From the IMG/VR virus record IMGVR_UViG_3300031840_000567: a stretch of DNA of 64,000 nt. One strand, given 5' to 3'. The notes beneath the pieces are model-generated. The model did not search any database. It saw nothing but the letters and a program-made list of their open reading frames with translations, and was not told the DNA's origin. Source of the stretch: an uncultured virus (IMG/VR IMGVR_UViG_3300031840_000567) (taxonomy: Duplodnaviria; Heunggongvirae; Uroviricota; Caudoviricetes). Of the stretch, positions 1 to 9,107 are shown one piece after another. A program made the position numbers and the translations under genes. Within the stretch, counting starts at the first letter, position 1, and each line of letters starts with the position of its first letter.

Positions 1-11
1 ATTCTATCATT

Positions 12-959
12 TTAAACTAGCGGAAGTCCTAAACCTTGAAGTTTGCGACGATTATTAGATCCAGGTTTAGCCCAGTCACTTAATCCCTTTATAATGTTTT
101 GCTTCATGTAAGCAGGAGTTGCTGGACTTTTATATTCATTAATCATTTCCCAAAGAGTATCAGGACCCATAGCGATTGGTCCTGGATAATAATTTGGATC
201 GCCAATACCATCCCGACTTATAATCGAAGCGACTCTTTTTGATTGTGATCTTACACCTACATCAGTCATTACTGGATTTCCTTTGGGAATCCCACTCCCA
301 TCAACTGGAATCAATAATGTATACGGATATAAAACTCTTGATGCATGGGGTGCAACATTACTTGTACCAGGTGGGTAATATGCGGCACCCCCTCTGCACT
401 GACCAAGCAAACAATCTATACCCGACCACATGTAAATTGTTTTTTGTGTAAAATTTCCTTCTGTGTAAGCTTGAGCAAATTTTCTAGCAAACTCATTATA
501 ACTTACACCAAAAACATTACTCAATTGATATACATGGTTATACCCATTCTCATTAATATACCCAAGAGAAGTTCCAGTCAATGCCATACTACCAGAAAAT
601 GCCATAGCATATGGTGTTCCAATATACTTACTGCCGTCACTGGTTTCAATTTGAGGCATTTCTAATCTAGGTTGGGTAACCCCATTAATATCTGTAGTCT
701 GCAATTGACTAAGATTTGGAAGAACACCCGGAGTACCATCTCCTTGAGCTGCACTATCCCATACAAAAGAACTTAGGTCAGAAAAATCACCAAGAGGTGC
801 TGGCTCAAATGTTGGTCCAACCTCAAGCACTTCGGGGGATGTATCCACTACAGAATACATACCGGCTGTTACCATCTTCTCTTTAAGAAAAGCAATCTTC
901 TCATCAATTTTAACAAGTGGTTTTGTGTATTGTATTGCTTTTTGATACCTATTCATCAC
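12..959 (-). CDS. hypothetical protein, possibly virion-associated
   Basis: 315-aa ORF collinear with its neighbours; late-promoter-like CTAAATA just upstream (978-984); no recognised domain. Confidence 0.6.
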   Translation of the reverse strand: MMNRYQKAIQYTKPLVKIDEKIAFLKEKMVTAGMYSVVDTSPEVLEVGPTFEPAPLGDFSDLSSFVWDSAAQGDGTPGVLPNLSQLQTTDINGVTQPRLEMPQIETSDGSKYIGTPYAMAFSGSMALTGTSLGYINENGYNHVYQLSNVFGVSYNEFARKFAQAYTEGNFTQKTIYMWSGIDCLLGQCRGGAAYYPPGTSNVAPHASRVLYPYTLLIPVDGSGIPKGNPVMTDVGVRSQSKRVASIISRDGIGDPNYYPGPIAMGPDTLWEMINEYKSPATPAYMKQNIIKGLSDWAKPGSNNRRKLQGLGLPLV

Positions 960-976
960 AACAAGTGACTTTATAA

Positions 977-1156
977 TTATTTAGATACCCTTCTAGTTTT
1001 ATTGAATGGTTCCCAGTGCTGCCATCCATACCTATGTACTAAATCCATCCCTACAATAGGTACAACAATTAGTGCAAGACTTAATGCACCAACTCCAAAA
1101 GGGTTATTGAGTGTAGCAGCAGCAAAGTGTGCTGCCTTGAGGGCTATATTGGTCAT
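977..1156 (-). CDS. small membrane protein (59 aa, below the ORF-track cutoff)
   Basis: Hand-translated MTNIALKAAHFAAATLNNPFGVGALSLALIVVPIVGMDLVHRYGWQHWEPFNKTRRVSK; ATGA overlap with the upstream stop; one hydrophobic segment. Confidence 0.7.
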   Translation of the reverse strand: MTNIALKAAHFAAATLNNPFGVGALSLALIVVPIVGMDLVHRYGWQHWEPFNKTRRVSK

Positions 1157-1479
1157 ACATATCCTCCCCAGGTTTTCCAGAAGTCTAAAAAGTAAAAGTT
1201 AATCTCACTTATAGTTCCATTAGGTGCTTCTTCATTCTCAGTCTCAGACCACTTTTTACAGAATCTAGAAATATCATTTGAAGCCATTACATGATTTACG
1301 CCAAACATTCTAGCGAATGCACTCATAGCAAAATCATAACGCAGTTTAATGTGCTGTTCCATTTCCATCATAATCATCGCTTTCATAATAAAAATTTTCT
1401 CCCCGATAAAATGCGAAGAATACTGTCGATAATACAAATGGAATTGAAATCCACAGTAATATGTTTCCGAATAATCCAC
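1153..1479 (-). CDS. hypothetical cyanophage protein (true start probably a downstream ATG)
   Basis: In a tightly packed operon; the C-terminal ~70 aa look protein-like. Confidence 0.6.
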   Translation of the reverse strand: MDYSETYYCGFQFHLYYRQYSSHFIGEKIFIMKAMIMMEMEQHIKLRYDFAMSAFARMFGVNHVMASNDISRFCKKWSETENEEAPNGTISEINFYFLDFWKTWGGYV

Positions 1480-1671
1480 TCATAGCTTTAATTCTAACCA
1501 AGGTAACAGTGGTGGTATTATGCCTATAAGTCTAAGGAGACCCTCAGCAAATAAAGCGAGAACAACCCAACCGACACACATAGAAATAATTCCAGCATTA
1601 CGGTTGTGTCTACGAATTGCGTCATCGATCATCCCTTGACATTGTTCTTTTGTTATGTAACTTTTGGACAT
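1480..1671 (-). CDS. small membrane protein
   Basis: 63 aa with a C-terminal hydrophobic helix; abuts the petE stop. Confidence 0.7.
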   Translation of the reverse strand: MSKSYITKEQCQGMIDDAIRRHNRNAGIISMCVGWVVLALFAEGLLRLIGIIPPLLPWLELKL

Positions 1672-1995
1672 TTACTCCACATGAATTACGCCTGTCATGC
1701 CTGCACCTTGGTGAGGACCACAGAAATAATTATAGTCACCTTTATCAGCAAATACAACATCTTGTGATTCGCCAGGAGCAAACAGTAGTGCTTCTCTTGA
1801 AAGATCTGCACGACCTTCAACAATAATGTTATGAGGAGGTAGAGCCTCATTAACAAAATGAACTGTGTCACCTGCAGAGATTGTGATCTCATTCGGTTCA
1901 AATACTAGATTACCACCAGCACCCATTGAGACATCAACTGCCCATGCAGGAATAGCAAAAAAGAATGTAACTAGAAAGAAACAAATAGCTCTCAT
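1672..1995 (-). CDS. petE: plastocyanin (auxiliary metabolic gene)
   Basis: Signal peptide ending AWA; LVFEP, PHN and C-x2-H-x4-M (FCGPHQGAGM) type-1 copper ligands. Confidence 0.96.
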   Translation of the reverse strand: MRAICFFLVTFFFAIPAWAVDVSMGAGGNLVFEPNEITISAGDTVHFVNEALPPHNIIVEGRADLSREALLFAPGESQDVVFADKGDYNYFCGPHQGAGMTGVIHVE

Positions 1996-2066
1996 TGAGT
2001 ATTATGCAACTGTACTATCTAGCACATTCTTAGTAGTTTATTCCTAAAATTATTAGGGTTTCAGAA

Positions 2067-2372
2067 CTAAAAACCCATCTCCTCTCCGAAGTCTCTCATC
2101 TTCTCCATAGACTCTTTTTTCTCCTTAATTGCACCGTCAATAAATCCCGCTCTATATGCCCATGTTACACCGCCTTCAATACCTTTTGATGGATTGATGC
2201 ATTGTTCATTACCTAACTTGTTACAGACTAAACCAGCAAGGTCTAATTCACTACCTTCGTTAGCAGTACCTCTCCATACATGCTTTCCATTAATCCAAGT
2301 TGCCCCACATTTTTCGCATTCTTCACGCTGCAGCTTGAGGTCCGAAAATTTATCGTCAGCCATTGTTATCAC
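2067..2372 (-). CDS. hypothetical protein with CxxC and further Cys (possible metal binding)
   Basis: CEKC...C...C pattern; 101-aa ORF, start probably at the second Met. Confidence 0.65.
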   Translation of the reverse strand: MITMADDKFSDLKLQREECEKCGATWINGKHVWRGTANEGSELDLAGLVCNKLGNEQCINPSKGIEGGVTWAYRAGFIDGAIKEKKESMEKMRDFGEEMGF

Positions 2373-2550
2373 TCCGGGAGAAAATTCCTAATTCTTTTTC
2401 TAATTTTTTTTTCATAAAATAAAGCTTTACTTTTATAATTGCATATCTGATAGTAAGATCAATATAATGAATTAGCTTCATCGTTTCCTCTATGCCCCCA
2501 TAGGCAATGAGTAAAACGAAACATGCTACTAGTAGATAAAATCCTGTCAT
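2356..2550 (-). CDS. small membrane protein
   Basis: N-terminal hydrophobic helix; first gene after the promoter at 2574-2602. Confidence 0.6.
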   Translation of the reverse strand: MTGFYLLVACFVLLIAYGGIEETMKLIHYIDLTIRYAIIKVKLYFMKKKLEKELGIFSRSDNNG

Positions 2551-2573
2551 AAGAAAAGTATCAACTCTATACC

Positions 2574-2602
2574 ATTATAGAGATATTTATTTGATCTGTC
2601 TG
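2574..2602 (-). promoter_or_regulatory. overlapping sigma70-like (CAGACA-17-TATAAT) and late-like (ATAAATA) promoters for the petE cluster
   Basis: -10 TATAAT at 2574-2579, -35 CAGACA at 2597-2602, ATAAATA at 2584-2590, all on the minus strand. Confidence 0.5.
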
Positions 2603-2638
2603 TTATTTTTACACATAAAAGTCATGGATTCCAATCAA

Positions 2639-3916
2639 TTACCTTTGTTCAATCCAGTTTAATACTGCGAGTGCTTTCTTGTTAGTATTAGGTGAAGCAC
2701 ATGCTAAAGTGTATATATCACTTATCGTTCCAATACCAGTTCTACCGATTTGTAGTGCTGCCTTATCATCAACTTCTACAAGAGAAGAACCACCAGAAAT
2801 CGTAAATCCACTCAGGACAATATTTCCACCAGCTGTAGCAGTAGCACTTGTGTCGTATTGCATAAAGGAGTTTGGATTTGAACCATCTGTCCAATTTGCA
2901 CCAGTTAATGTTGGGTTCTCAATCAATCTCCAATAGACATTAGTATTATCATTCGTTACTGCTTGTAGAGATCTAATCAGAGCAACAGCACCCAATTGAT
3001 CCTCTTTTAATCTGAGACTTACGACTGGATAAAATGTATTTGCAGCTGCCAGTGTAGTGCCAGTAATAGGATTAGCAATACTTTCAAGAATACCAAGTTT
3101 CTCTGGTTCACCTTCTTGAATTAGAGAGTTAGATCCTTGATACAGGTAATGAGTTCCAGCAACACCAGTTATATTTTCAATCTCAACACGAATGGGAAGG
3201 AACGGAGTGGAACACCAAACAGTATCCAAAGTATTTGAGTTCTCAAATGTATGAGACGGAATTGTCTCATTTTTCATTAACCATGCAAACTCTACAAGAC
3301 CAGCACCATACCACTCATAGTTGATGGAAATCATCTGCTGTTTTGTTGGATCAGCAGTTACACCACTATATCCATTACCATCAAACTTCTCACCGTTCCA
3401 ATCGTCTCTGTATACTCTTCTTTCAGTAACAATACCTGTCGTATTACTACGAATTACATAAGCATAAGTTCCACCATTATCCTCAAAATAAGCACCATTA
3501 TTATCATCAAACAATCCAAACCTTCTACGAATACCGACTTGTGGAGTATCAAGACGAATTGAAAAGGCAAGAGTAGCACTTCTACCAGGAATGTATCTCA
3601 TTACATTCTTAGTCTGACGAACTACACTACTACCAGCAGCAGAACCAACTTCCATTACTACATTACTGGATGATGCATTAAAGGTAGCAGTTGCACCGAC
3701 TCCGACTAATCTTTCATCCCATACATCAGTTTCTTTGCCGTACTGGAAGGTATTGAAGAAGACTGTTTGATATGGAGAAACCTTTAATCTATTGTTATTA
3801 GAAAACTGAGGTCTCCAATCTGTCTGGTTTCCCCAGTGATCAGCAATATTATATACTTCAAAAAGGGTTCTTTCTTGATTGAGAAAGTCCTGTGTATTCT
3901 TATTCCACTGTGCCAT
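2639..3916 (-). CDS. probable virion structural protein (beta-rich)
   Basis: 425 aa, T/G/N-rich with G-[IV]-x-T motifs like the neighbouring structural proteins. Confidence 0.6.
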   Translation of the reverse strand: MAQWNKNTQDFLNQERTLFEVYNIADHWGNQTDWRPQFSNNNRLKVSPYQTVFFNTFQYGKETDVWDERLVGVGATATFNASSSNVVMEVGSAAGSSVVRQTKNVMRYIPGRSATLAFSIRLDTPQVGIRRRFGLFDDNNGAYFEDNGGTYAYVIRSNTTGIVTERRVYRDDWNGEKFDGNGYSGVTADPTKQQMISINYEWYGAGLVEFAWLMKNETIPSHTFENSNTLDTVWCSTPFLPIRVEIENITGVAGTHYLYQGSNSLIQEGEPEKLGILESIANPITGTTLAAANTFYPVVSLRLKEDQLGAVALIRSLQAVTNDNTNVYWRLIENPTLTGANWTDGSNPNSFMQYDTSATATAGGNIVLSGFTISGGSSLVEVDDKAALQIGRTGIGTISDIYTLACASPNTNKKALAVLNWIEQR

Positions 3917-3918
3917 GA

Positions 3919-4227
3919 TTAATCTTCAACCCATGATTGCATAGCTGGGTTAAATCTTTTTTTATTAACGACAGTAATATCAGATTTTTCTTCAGAAACT
4001 GGATATATTTTCTGGACCATAGCTCCAGGATATTCCTTTTGTAACTGTTCGGATAATTCTTTTTCTGTTGGAAGAGAATCTCTAACAGTAGATAAATCCA
4101 TACGATAGAGCTTACCTTCCCAAACTACATCAGCACCGAACTCTTCATTTTTGGGAGTCTCAATATCATCAGTATCAATAGTAATTGTAATTTTGCTTTC
4201 CGACAAAAATTCTTTAAAGTTTTTCAT
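3919..4227 (-). CDS. hypothetical protein, possible internal head protein
   Basis: N-terminus MKNFKEFLSE resembles the head-targeting/cleavage leaders of T4-like internal proteins. Confidence 0.55.
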   Translation of the reverse strand: MKNFKEFLSESKITITIDTDDIETPKNEEFGADVVWEGKLYRMDLSTVRDSLPTEKELSEQLQKEYPGAMVQKIYPVSEEKSDITVVNKKRFNPAMQSWVED

Positions 4228-5108
4228 TAGTTACAGTCCCAAGCTCTAAGTGATTTGTTGATTCTGCTATCAGGATCTCTTGCTGTCTCAGCAGAAGTTA
4301 GTTTTTTCTTCATGCCTTTCATCCTTGCACAGAATGATGCTCTTCTCTTATTGCCCTTCACTTTAGATGGTCGTTTTAAGTTATGTCCATCTGCTTTGGC
4401 AGACTTTCGTCCCTTCTCATTGAGTCCACCCTCAGGATTCTGTCCTTCTTTGCGAGTCCATGCAGCACCTTCCTCTACTTTCTTAGAGATATTTTTAATA
4501 GCAAATGTGTCCCAATAGTCGGGACCATAAGCACACTCTTCTCTAGCTTCCATCTTCTCACACTTAGGACAGAATCTCATATCTGTCTCTTCAATTAACT
4601 TACCTTCTGGCTCGACAGATTGATTGAGCATTTGATTGGTCATCTTATCAATCCTCATCTTTCTATCACCAAGTTTGCCAGCAAGTCCTTGATTTCCAGT
4701 GGGACCCTTAACTTGTTTCTTAGCAAGTGGGTTTTTAATATCTAGATTGGGGTGACCAATATATCCGTCTCCAGGTTTGCCGCCAACAACTTCACCAATC
4801 ATATCACCTTCTGGTTGATAACCAGCCATTTGTGTTGATGGTTTCTTTTGAGCTAAAGGAGGAAGTTGTGCTCCAGATTTCTTTAAGAACGCATCCTTCT
4901 CATTAGGATTAGTTGTGCTCTTTCCTTTATTATAAATCTTAGTACCTTTCATCGCTCCACGATGTCCAGGACCAATAGTAAAACTTCCCTCTGTAATTTT
5001 TACAGAAGAGTCATCAACTTTAGGAGATTCAAAATCTCCTGTAGTTGACGGTTTCTTCTTCTTTGATTCTGATAGGAAACTAGAAATATCGGAATATGAC
5101 AGTGCCAT
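4227..5108 (-). CDS. hypothetical protein with a C-terminal DUF6321-like basic domain
   Basis: C-terminus AAWTRKEGQNPEGGLNEKGR...RRASFCARMKGM...DPDSRINKSLRAWDC is a recognisable phage module; several [ILV]-x-E candidate protease sites. Confidence 0.6.
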   Translation of the reverse strand: MALSYSDISSFLSESKKKKPSTTGDFESPKVDDSSVKITEGSFTIGPGHRGAMKGTKIYNKGKSTTNPNEKDAFLKKSGAQLPPLAQKKPSTQMAGYQPEGDMIGEVVGGKPGDGYIGHPNLDIKNPLAKKQVKGPTGNQGLAGKLGDRKMRIDKMTNQMLNQSVEPEGKLIEETDMRFCPKCEKMEAREECAYGPDYWDTFAIKNISKKVEEGAAWTRKEGQNPEGGLNEKGRKSAKADGHNLKRPSKVKGNKRRASFCARMKGMKKKLTSAETARDPDSRINKSLRAWDCN

Positions 5109-5136
5109 GCCTAAAAACTATAGAACCATGATTCTA

Positions 5137-5427
5137 TTATTTAGGTTTATCTTCTGTCTTATCTAAAGTAGGTGCTTGCTTTGATTCATCCTTCTTTTTC
5201 GAGGCAACGACACCAAAAGTCGCTAAAGTTCCCGTGAACACGCTGGCTATAAAAGTCGGATCGATGTTTTTTTGAGGAATGCCAGGAACAGTTACATAAT
5301 TAAGAGTCAGAATTGCTGCTGACCATCCAAGAATAATAACTCGGACGAGAGTTGATACACCCTCATCCGCCCACTCAAATTTATTTTCCTTTTTGGCTTC
5401 CTCTTTCTTCTTTGGATTTGATTCCAT
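5137..5427 (-). CDS. two-TM small membrane protein
   Basis: Two hydrophobic segments with charged termini; ATAAATA upstream at 5449-5455. Confidence 0.65.
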   Translation of the reverse strand: MESNPKKKEEAKKENKFEWADEGVSTLVRVIILGWSAAILTLNYVTVPGIPQKNIDPTFIASVFTGTLATFGVVASKKKDESKQAPTLDKTEDKPK

Positions 5428-5451
5428 GAGTAAAGAGTCAGGCTCTTTTAT

Positions 5452-5655
5452 TTATTTTTCAGAAAAATTATATTCCATTAACATAGCAAAATACTTATCT
5501 TTCATGTCCATAAGAAATTCTTGCTCCTCTATCGGTCTGGCAGGAGCTCCTGGCCACATCTTTAGGGAGTAATCTAAATGATTATACATCATACGAACTT
5601 CATCAATCCCAATATTGACACTGCAGTACCACTCGTCAGGATCTAACCCCATCAC
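5452..5655 (-). CDS. hypothetical protein
   Basis: 67-aa ORF coupled to the gp16 stop. Confidence 0.6.
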   Translation of the reverse strand: MMGLDPDEWYCSVNIGIDEVRMMYNHLDYSLKMWPGAPARPIEEQEFLMDMKDKYFAMLMEYNFSEK

Positions 5656-6059
5656 TTGTTTTTATTCATTTCCTTTAACATTTTTTGTAATTCCGCAGTA
5701 CTACCTACAAACATAGCATTATTTGTGACATTAGTTGTATTCTTTACTTCTTCTTTTACCTCCTTAATATCTTTCTGAAGCTTCATTAATTTGTCGGTAT
5801 TATCTGCCACATTTTTGAGTAATTGCCCTGCAACCTCATATGCCCTAGGAGACTGAGTTTCTTCAGCAAGCTCCATAATACCATTTAAGGCTTCTTGACC
5901 CTTTTCTATTAAAGAATATAAGTTTGCTCTAGTATAATCATAGTCTTTATCAGTATCGCTTTTTGTTAAACGATCTGGTTTCTCCTTTTTACTGGGAGTT
6001 ACATCAATAGTTTCACTAGTTGTATTTAATGATGCATCTATCTCGCTAAAATTATTCAT
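5652..6059 (-). CDS. g16: terminase small subunit
   Basis: DYDYTRANLYSLIEKGQEAL...SPRAYEVAGQL...FVGSTAELQK; position after gp15. Confidence 0.9.
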   Translation of the reverse strand: MNNFSEIDASLNTTSETIDVTPSKKEKPDRLTKSDTDKDYDYTRANLYSLIEKGQEALNGIMELAEETQSPRAYEVAGQLLKNVADNTDKLMKLQKDIKEVKEEVKNTTNVTNNAMFVGSTAELQKMLKEMNKNK

Positions 6060-6856
6060 ACATCCTCTTGCCTAGTAGGACTGTATACTTTACCATCATC
6101 AAAGAAAGTAGTAGTCTCATTGAATCCAAAATCATCATCTGCATCTGCATCAATTGGATCAGGAGTGACCGTATATCTTACCTCACGCTTAGCAGTTTGT
6201 GTATCAGTATCAGAGTAGTAATCCAATTGTACTTTCTTGATAAGTCCGTCTGTACTTTCTGCAATAGGACCGAATAGGTATGTCTTAGCACTAAAGTTTA
6301 GTGTATAGATTAGTACTCTTCTTGTAGAAAAATCCCCCTCATACTCATCGGTAAATGAAATATTTTCTAATATAATAGGAATATCTCTTTTTTCTCCAAT
6401 TGAATTGATCAAGTCTACAGTAATATTAAATGATGGTTGAAAAAATGGAAGAATCTGCTCTACAATTTGCAAAGCATCGTCATTCAACTTTGTCATAATA
6501 TTGAGTTCAAACCCAACATTATATGGAACTGGTAAAAATACTTTCTTTACTCGATCTTGATTATCAATAGCTTTGAATGTCTTCGTTACGGAAGTTTTTC
6601 TACTTGAGTCATAAGAAAGACTTGACATCTCAAAAGACATTCTGGGTAGAGTAATAGCAGTTGCTTTTGCTAACTCTTGTTGTTGCTGTAGCTTAGCAAG
6701 AAATTTGGATCTAGGACCATACCCTAAGGGAACTTTAATGTCACTAATAGTATTTCCGCCTTTGTCTTCTTTTTGAATGTGAATGTCGTTAAATAATGTT
6801 CCGAAAGACACAACTGTCTTGCGGAGAATTTCGTGATAAAAATAAGTGCCTAACAT
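6056..6856 (-). CDS. g15: tail sheath stabiliser / tail completion protein
   Basis: YFYHEILRKTVVSFGTLFNDI, LPRMSFE, PVPYN, QIVEQILPFFQP motifs; synteny g13-g14-g15-g16. Confidence 0.92.
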   Translation of the reverse strand: MLGTYFYHEILRKTVVSFGTLFNDIHIQKEDKGGNTISDIKVPLGYGPRSKFLAKLQQQQELAKATAITLPRMSFEMSSLSYDSSRKTSVTKTFKAIDNQDRVKKVFLPVPYNVGFELNIMTKLNDDALQIVEQILPFFQPSFNITVDLINSIGEKRDIPIILENISFTDEYEGDFSTRRVLIYTLNFSAKTYLFGPIAESTDGLIKKVQLDYYSDTDTQTAKREVRYTVTPDPIDADADDDFGFNETTTFFDDGKVYSPTRQEDV

Positions 6857-8286
6857 CAGAAGTTGCCAAAGGGATTACGCTCAGTGAAGTCAAGGATGCC
6901 ATCTGCTTCAGTTTCAATTTCGTCATTGAAAGTAAATGTGCTTGTAGTATCAATTCCAGTATGATTTAAGATTTGATATCTAGCAGACGATGCAGTTCCT
7001 GTAATAAACTCACCAGGGTAGAACACACCATTATTTATTGAGATTTCTAACTTTCGGTCAGTTGCATTAAAGGATCTCACATATCCTTCAGTTCCAGATT
7101 CGGATCCGACTACTCTTTCATTGAAGAAATATGTTCCAATTCCAAGAGAAAGAGGATCTCCAATCGTAATTAATGGAGCTTCTTCGTACCCAGATCCAGC
7201 ATTTGTTAAGAAGATTCTACTTAGACTATCTCCATCTAAAATTGAGATAGCAGTAGCTTGTACCTGACCGGGTTTACTACCAACGGTTGCACCAGTAGTT
7301 CCGATAGCAACATTTGCGGGATGTTGAATAGTAATTAACGGTGGGCTTACATAATTTGTTCCCAGATCTGTAATACGAATTGAGGTAATACCACTGTTTG
7401 TAAGAGATGCTGTTGCAGCTGCACCTACACCAGGACCACCAAATGTAAATGCCGGTGCCTCTGTGTATGCAAATCCAGGGTTTTGTAGGACTACTTGATC
7501 AATAGAATATAACCCGGACCTTTCGGTTGTGAATGCAAAGGCACCTGCTCTAGATGAAGTAACACCAGCAGGAGAGGGTCCGATAGTGACACTGGGTGCG
7601 CTAGTATAACCGTATCCATCATCGTTCAGGAAAATTTGTCCTAATGCTCCTTGACTAGCGAAGGAATCAACAACAGCAATGGCTGTTGAACCAATGCCTG
7701 CCAAAATGACAGTACTGGTCTCACCTTCTTCCATTCCTCTCTCATCAATACCATATACTCCGGTATCAATATACTCATCTTCATAGCGAAACAGTTCGCA
7801 TTGAAGTTCGTAGATATAGTTCTTACCTAGTTGATAAAATGGGTTTTCAAATTCTACATGTTTAATTTCAAATATTCTTTCTCCTAACGGGAAATAAATT
7901 AAATCTCCCTCTTTAGGTCTCTCACCAAAAATAATATCTGTGCCAGCATTTTTGGCATTATGGGTTACAACAAATGGGGCAATAAAATCTTCATATCTTT
8001 CCCTGGAAACTGTGAGAGTAATTTCGTTTTGAAGATTAATGCCAAACTTGGACATGATATCACTACCTTTTGCATATCCCTCATAGTTATTGAGATAAGC
8101 TTCTAAAATATATGCGTCATTAAATTTAGATGACTGAACTTCTCCGAGCACATCATCAGTGATAATCATTTTTCTTGGAATGTAATAACAATCCAATCCG
8201 AACATTTTTAAGTGTTCGTCAATAAGTTGTTGAACAAGGCTCTGTTCGTTTGGAGATCCTTGAAGAAAAAACGGATTTAATGCCAT
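6856..8286 (-). CDS. g14: neck protein gp14 with a large internal insertion
   Basis: LNPFF..EQ.LVQQLIDE, YYIPR, RPKEGDLIYFP, FEIKHVE..PFYQLG, C-terminal LDFTERNPFG. Confidence 0.9.
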   Translation of the reverse strand: MALNPFFLQGSPNEQSLVQQLIDEHLKMFGLDCYYIPRKMIITDDVLGEVQSSKFNDAYILEAYLNNYEGYAKGSDIMSKFGINLQNEITLTVSRERYEDFIAPFVVTHNAKNAGTDIIFGERPKEGDLIYFPLGERIFEIKHVEFENPFYQLGKNYIYELQCELFRYEDEYIDTGVYGIDERGMEEGETSTVILAGIGSTAIAVVDSFASQGALGQIFLNDDGYGYTSAPSVTIGPSPAGVTSSRAGAFAFTTERSGLYSIDQVVLQNPGFAYTEAPAFTFGGPGVGAAATASLTNSGITSIRITDLGTNYVSPPLITIQHPANVAIGTTGATVGSKPGQVQATAISILDGDSLSRIFLTNAGSGYEEAPLITIGDPLSLGIGTYFFNERVVGSESGTEGYVRSFNATDRKLEISINNGVFYPGEFITGTASSARYQILNHTGIDTTSTFTFNDEIETEADGILDFTERNPFGNF

Positions 8287-9107
8287 TACCCAATCAAATC
8301 AAGGGGTGGAAGTTCGTAGGTAGACAACATTCTATCTTCAATACGCTGCAATTCCATTACAGCATCTTCATAAATTTGTCTGCCATTTAATTCAATACCT
8401 CCAGGGAGTTTAACTCCTTGGAATTTAGTTAAGTTTGTACCCCACTGTTTCTTGACTAGTTGAGTAAAATACTTCTTTAAAAAAGAATCATTGTATACAC
8501 CAGCATAATTTGCTGGGTCCATGATTCTTTGGCAGTCAATGATTATGTATGTTCCTTCTGATACTGATCCCCAATCAACATCGAGATACAAACGATTATT
8601 TCTTTTGTTATATCTAATCTGCTTGTTTGTTGAAAGTAAGAAATCAATGTCTTCAATATATGTTTTAGTCATCGCATAACTGAGAAGACCACTGTATCCC
8701 AAATTGAAAGCTACATCATTTAAAAACAACTGATATTTAAAGCTAAACATGTTGTTTGAAATAAAGCTAGAATCAAACAAAAATACTTTCTCAACTCCGA
8801 GGACCGAATCAGGTACACTCAAATAATTTGTGTTTTCCTCAAAGTCTCCAGATGTTGTAGTAGAAGTAGTAATACCAAGAGATTCGCCAGCACCTCTTGC
8901 TCTGCCTCTTTTGATGTCATCTGCTGAGACCTTATACTTGAGATAAACTCTTTCAACGCCATCAAAATGACGCTCATAAAAAAGTTGCAGAGCATCATCT
9001 AATGCATCATCTACTTGCTCATCAGCTACATTTATTTCTAAGACAGGATATCCAAGTTGCCTTAAAGCATAATCTTTTAATCCGTCTCTAGTAGTTGGTT
9101 TTGTCAT
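8286..9107 (-). CDS. g13: neck protein gp13
   Basis: LKDYALRQLGYPVLEINV, KQWGTNLTKFQGVKLPGGIELNG motifs. Confidence 0.92.
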   Translation of the reverse strand: MTKPTTRDGLKDYALRQLGYPVLEINVADEQVDDALDDALQLFYERHFDGVERVYLKYKVSADDIKRGRARGAGESLGITTSTTTSGDFEENTNYLSVPDSVLGVEKVFLFDSSFISNNMFSFKYQLFLNDVAFNLGYSGLLSYAMTKTYIEDIDFLLSTNKQIRYNKRNNRLYLDVDWGSVSEGTYIIIDCQRIMDPANYAGVYNDSFLKKYFTQLVKKQWGTNLTKFQGVKLPGGIELNGRQIYEDAVMELQRIEDRMLSTYELPPLDLIG

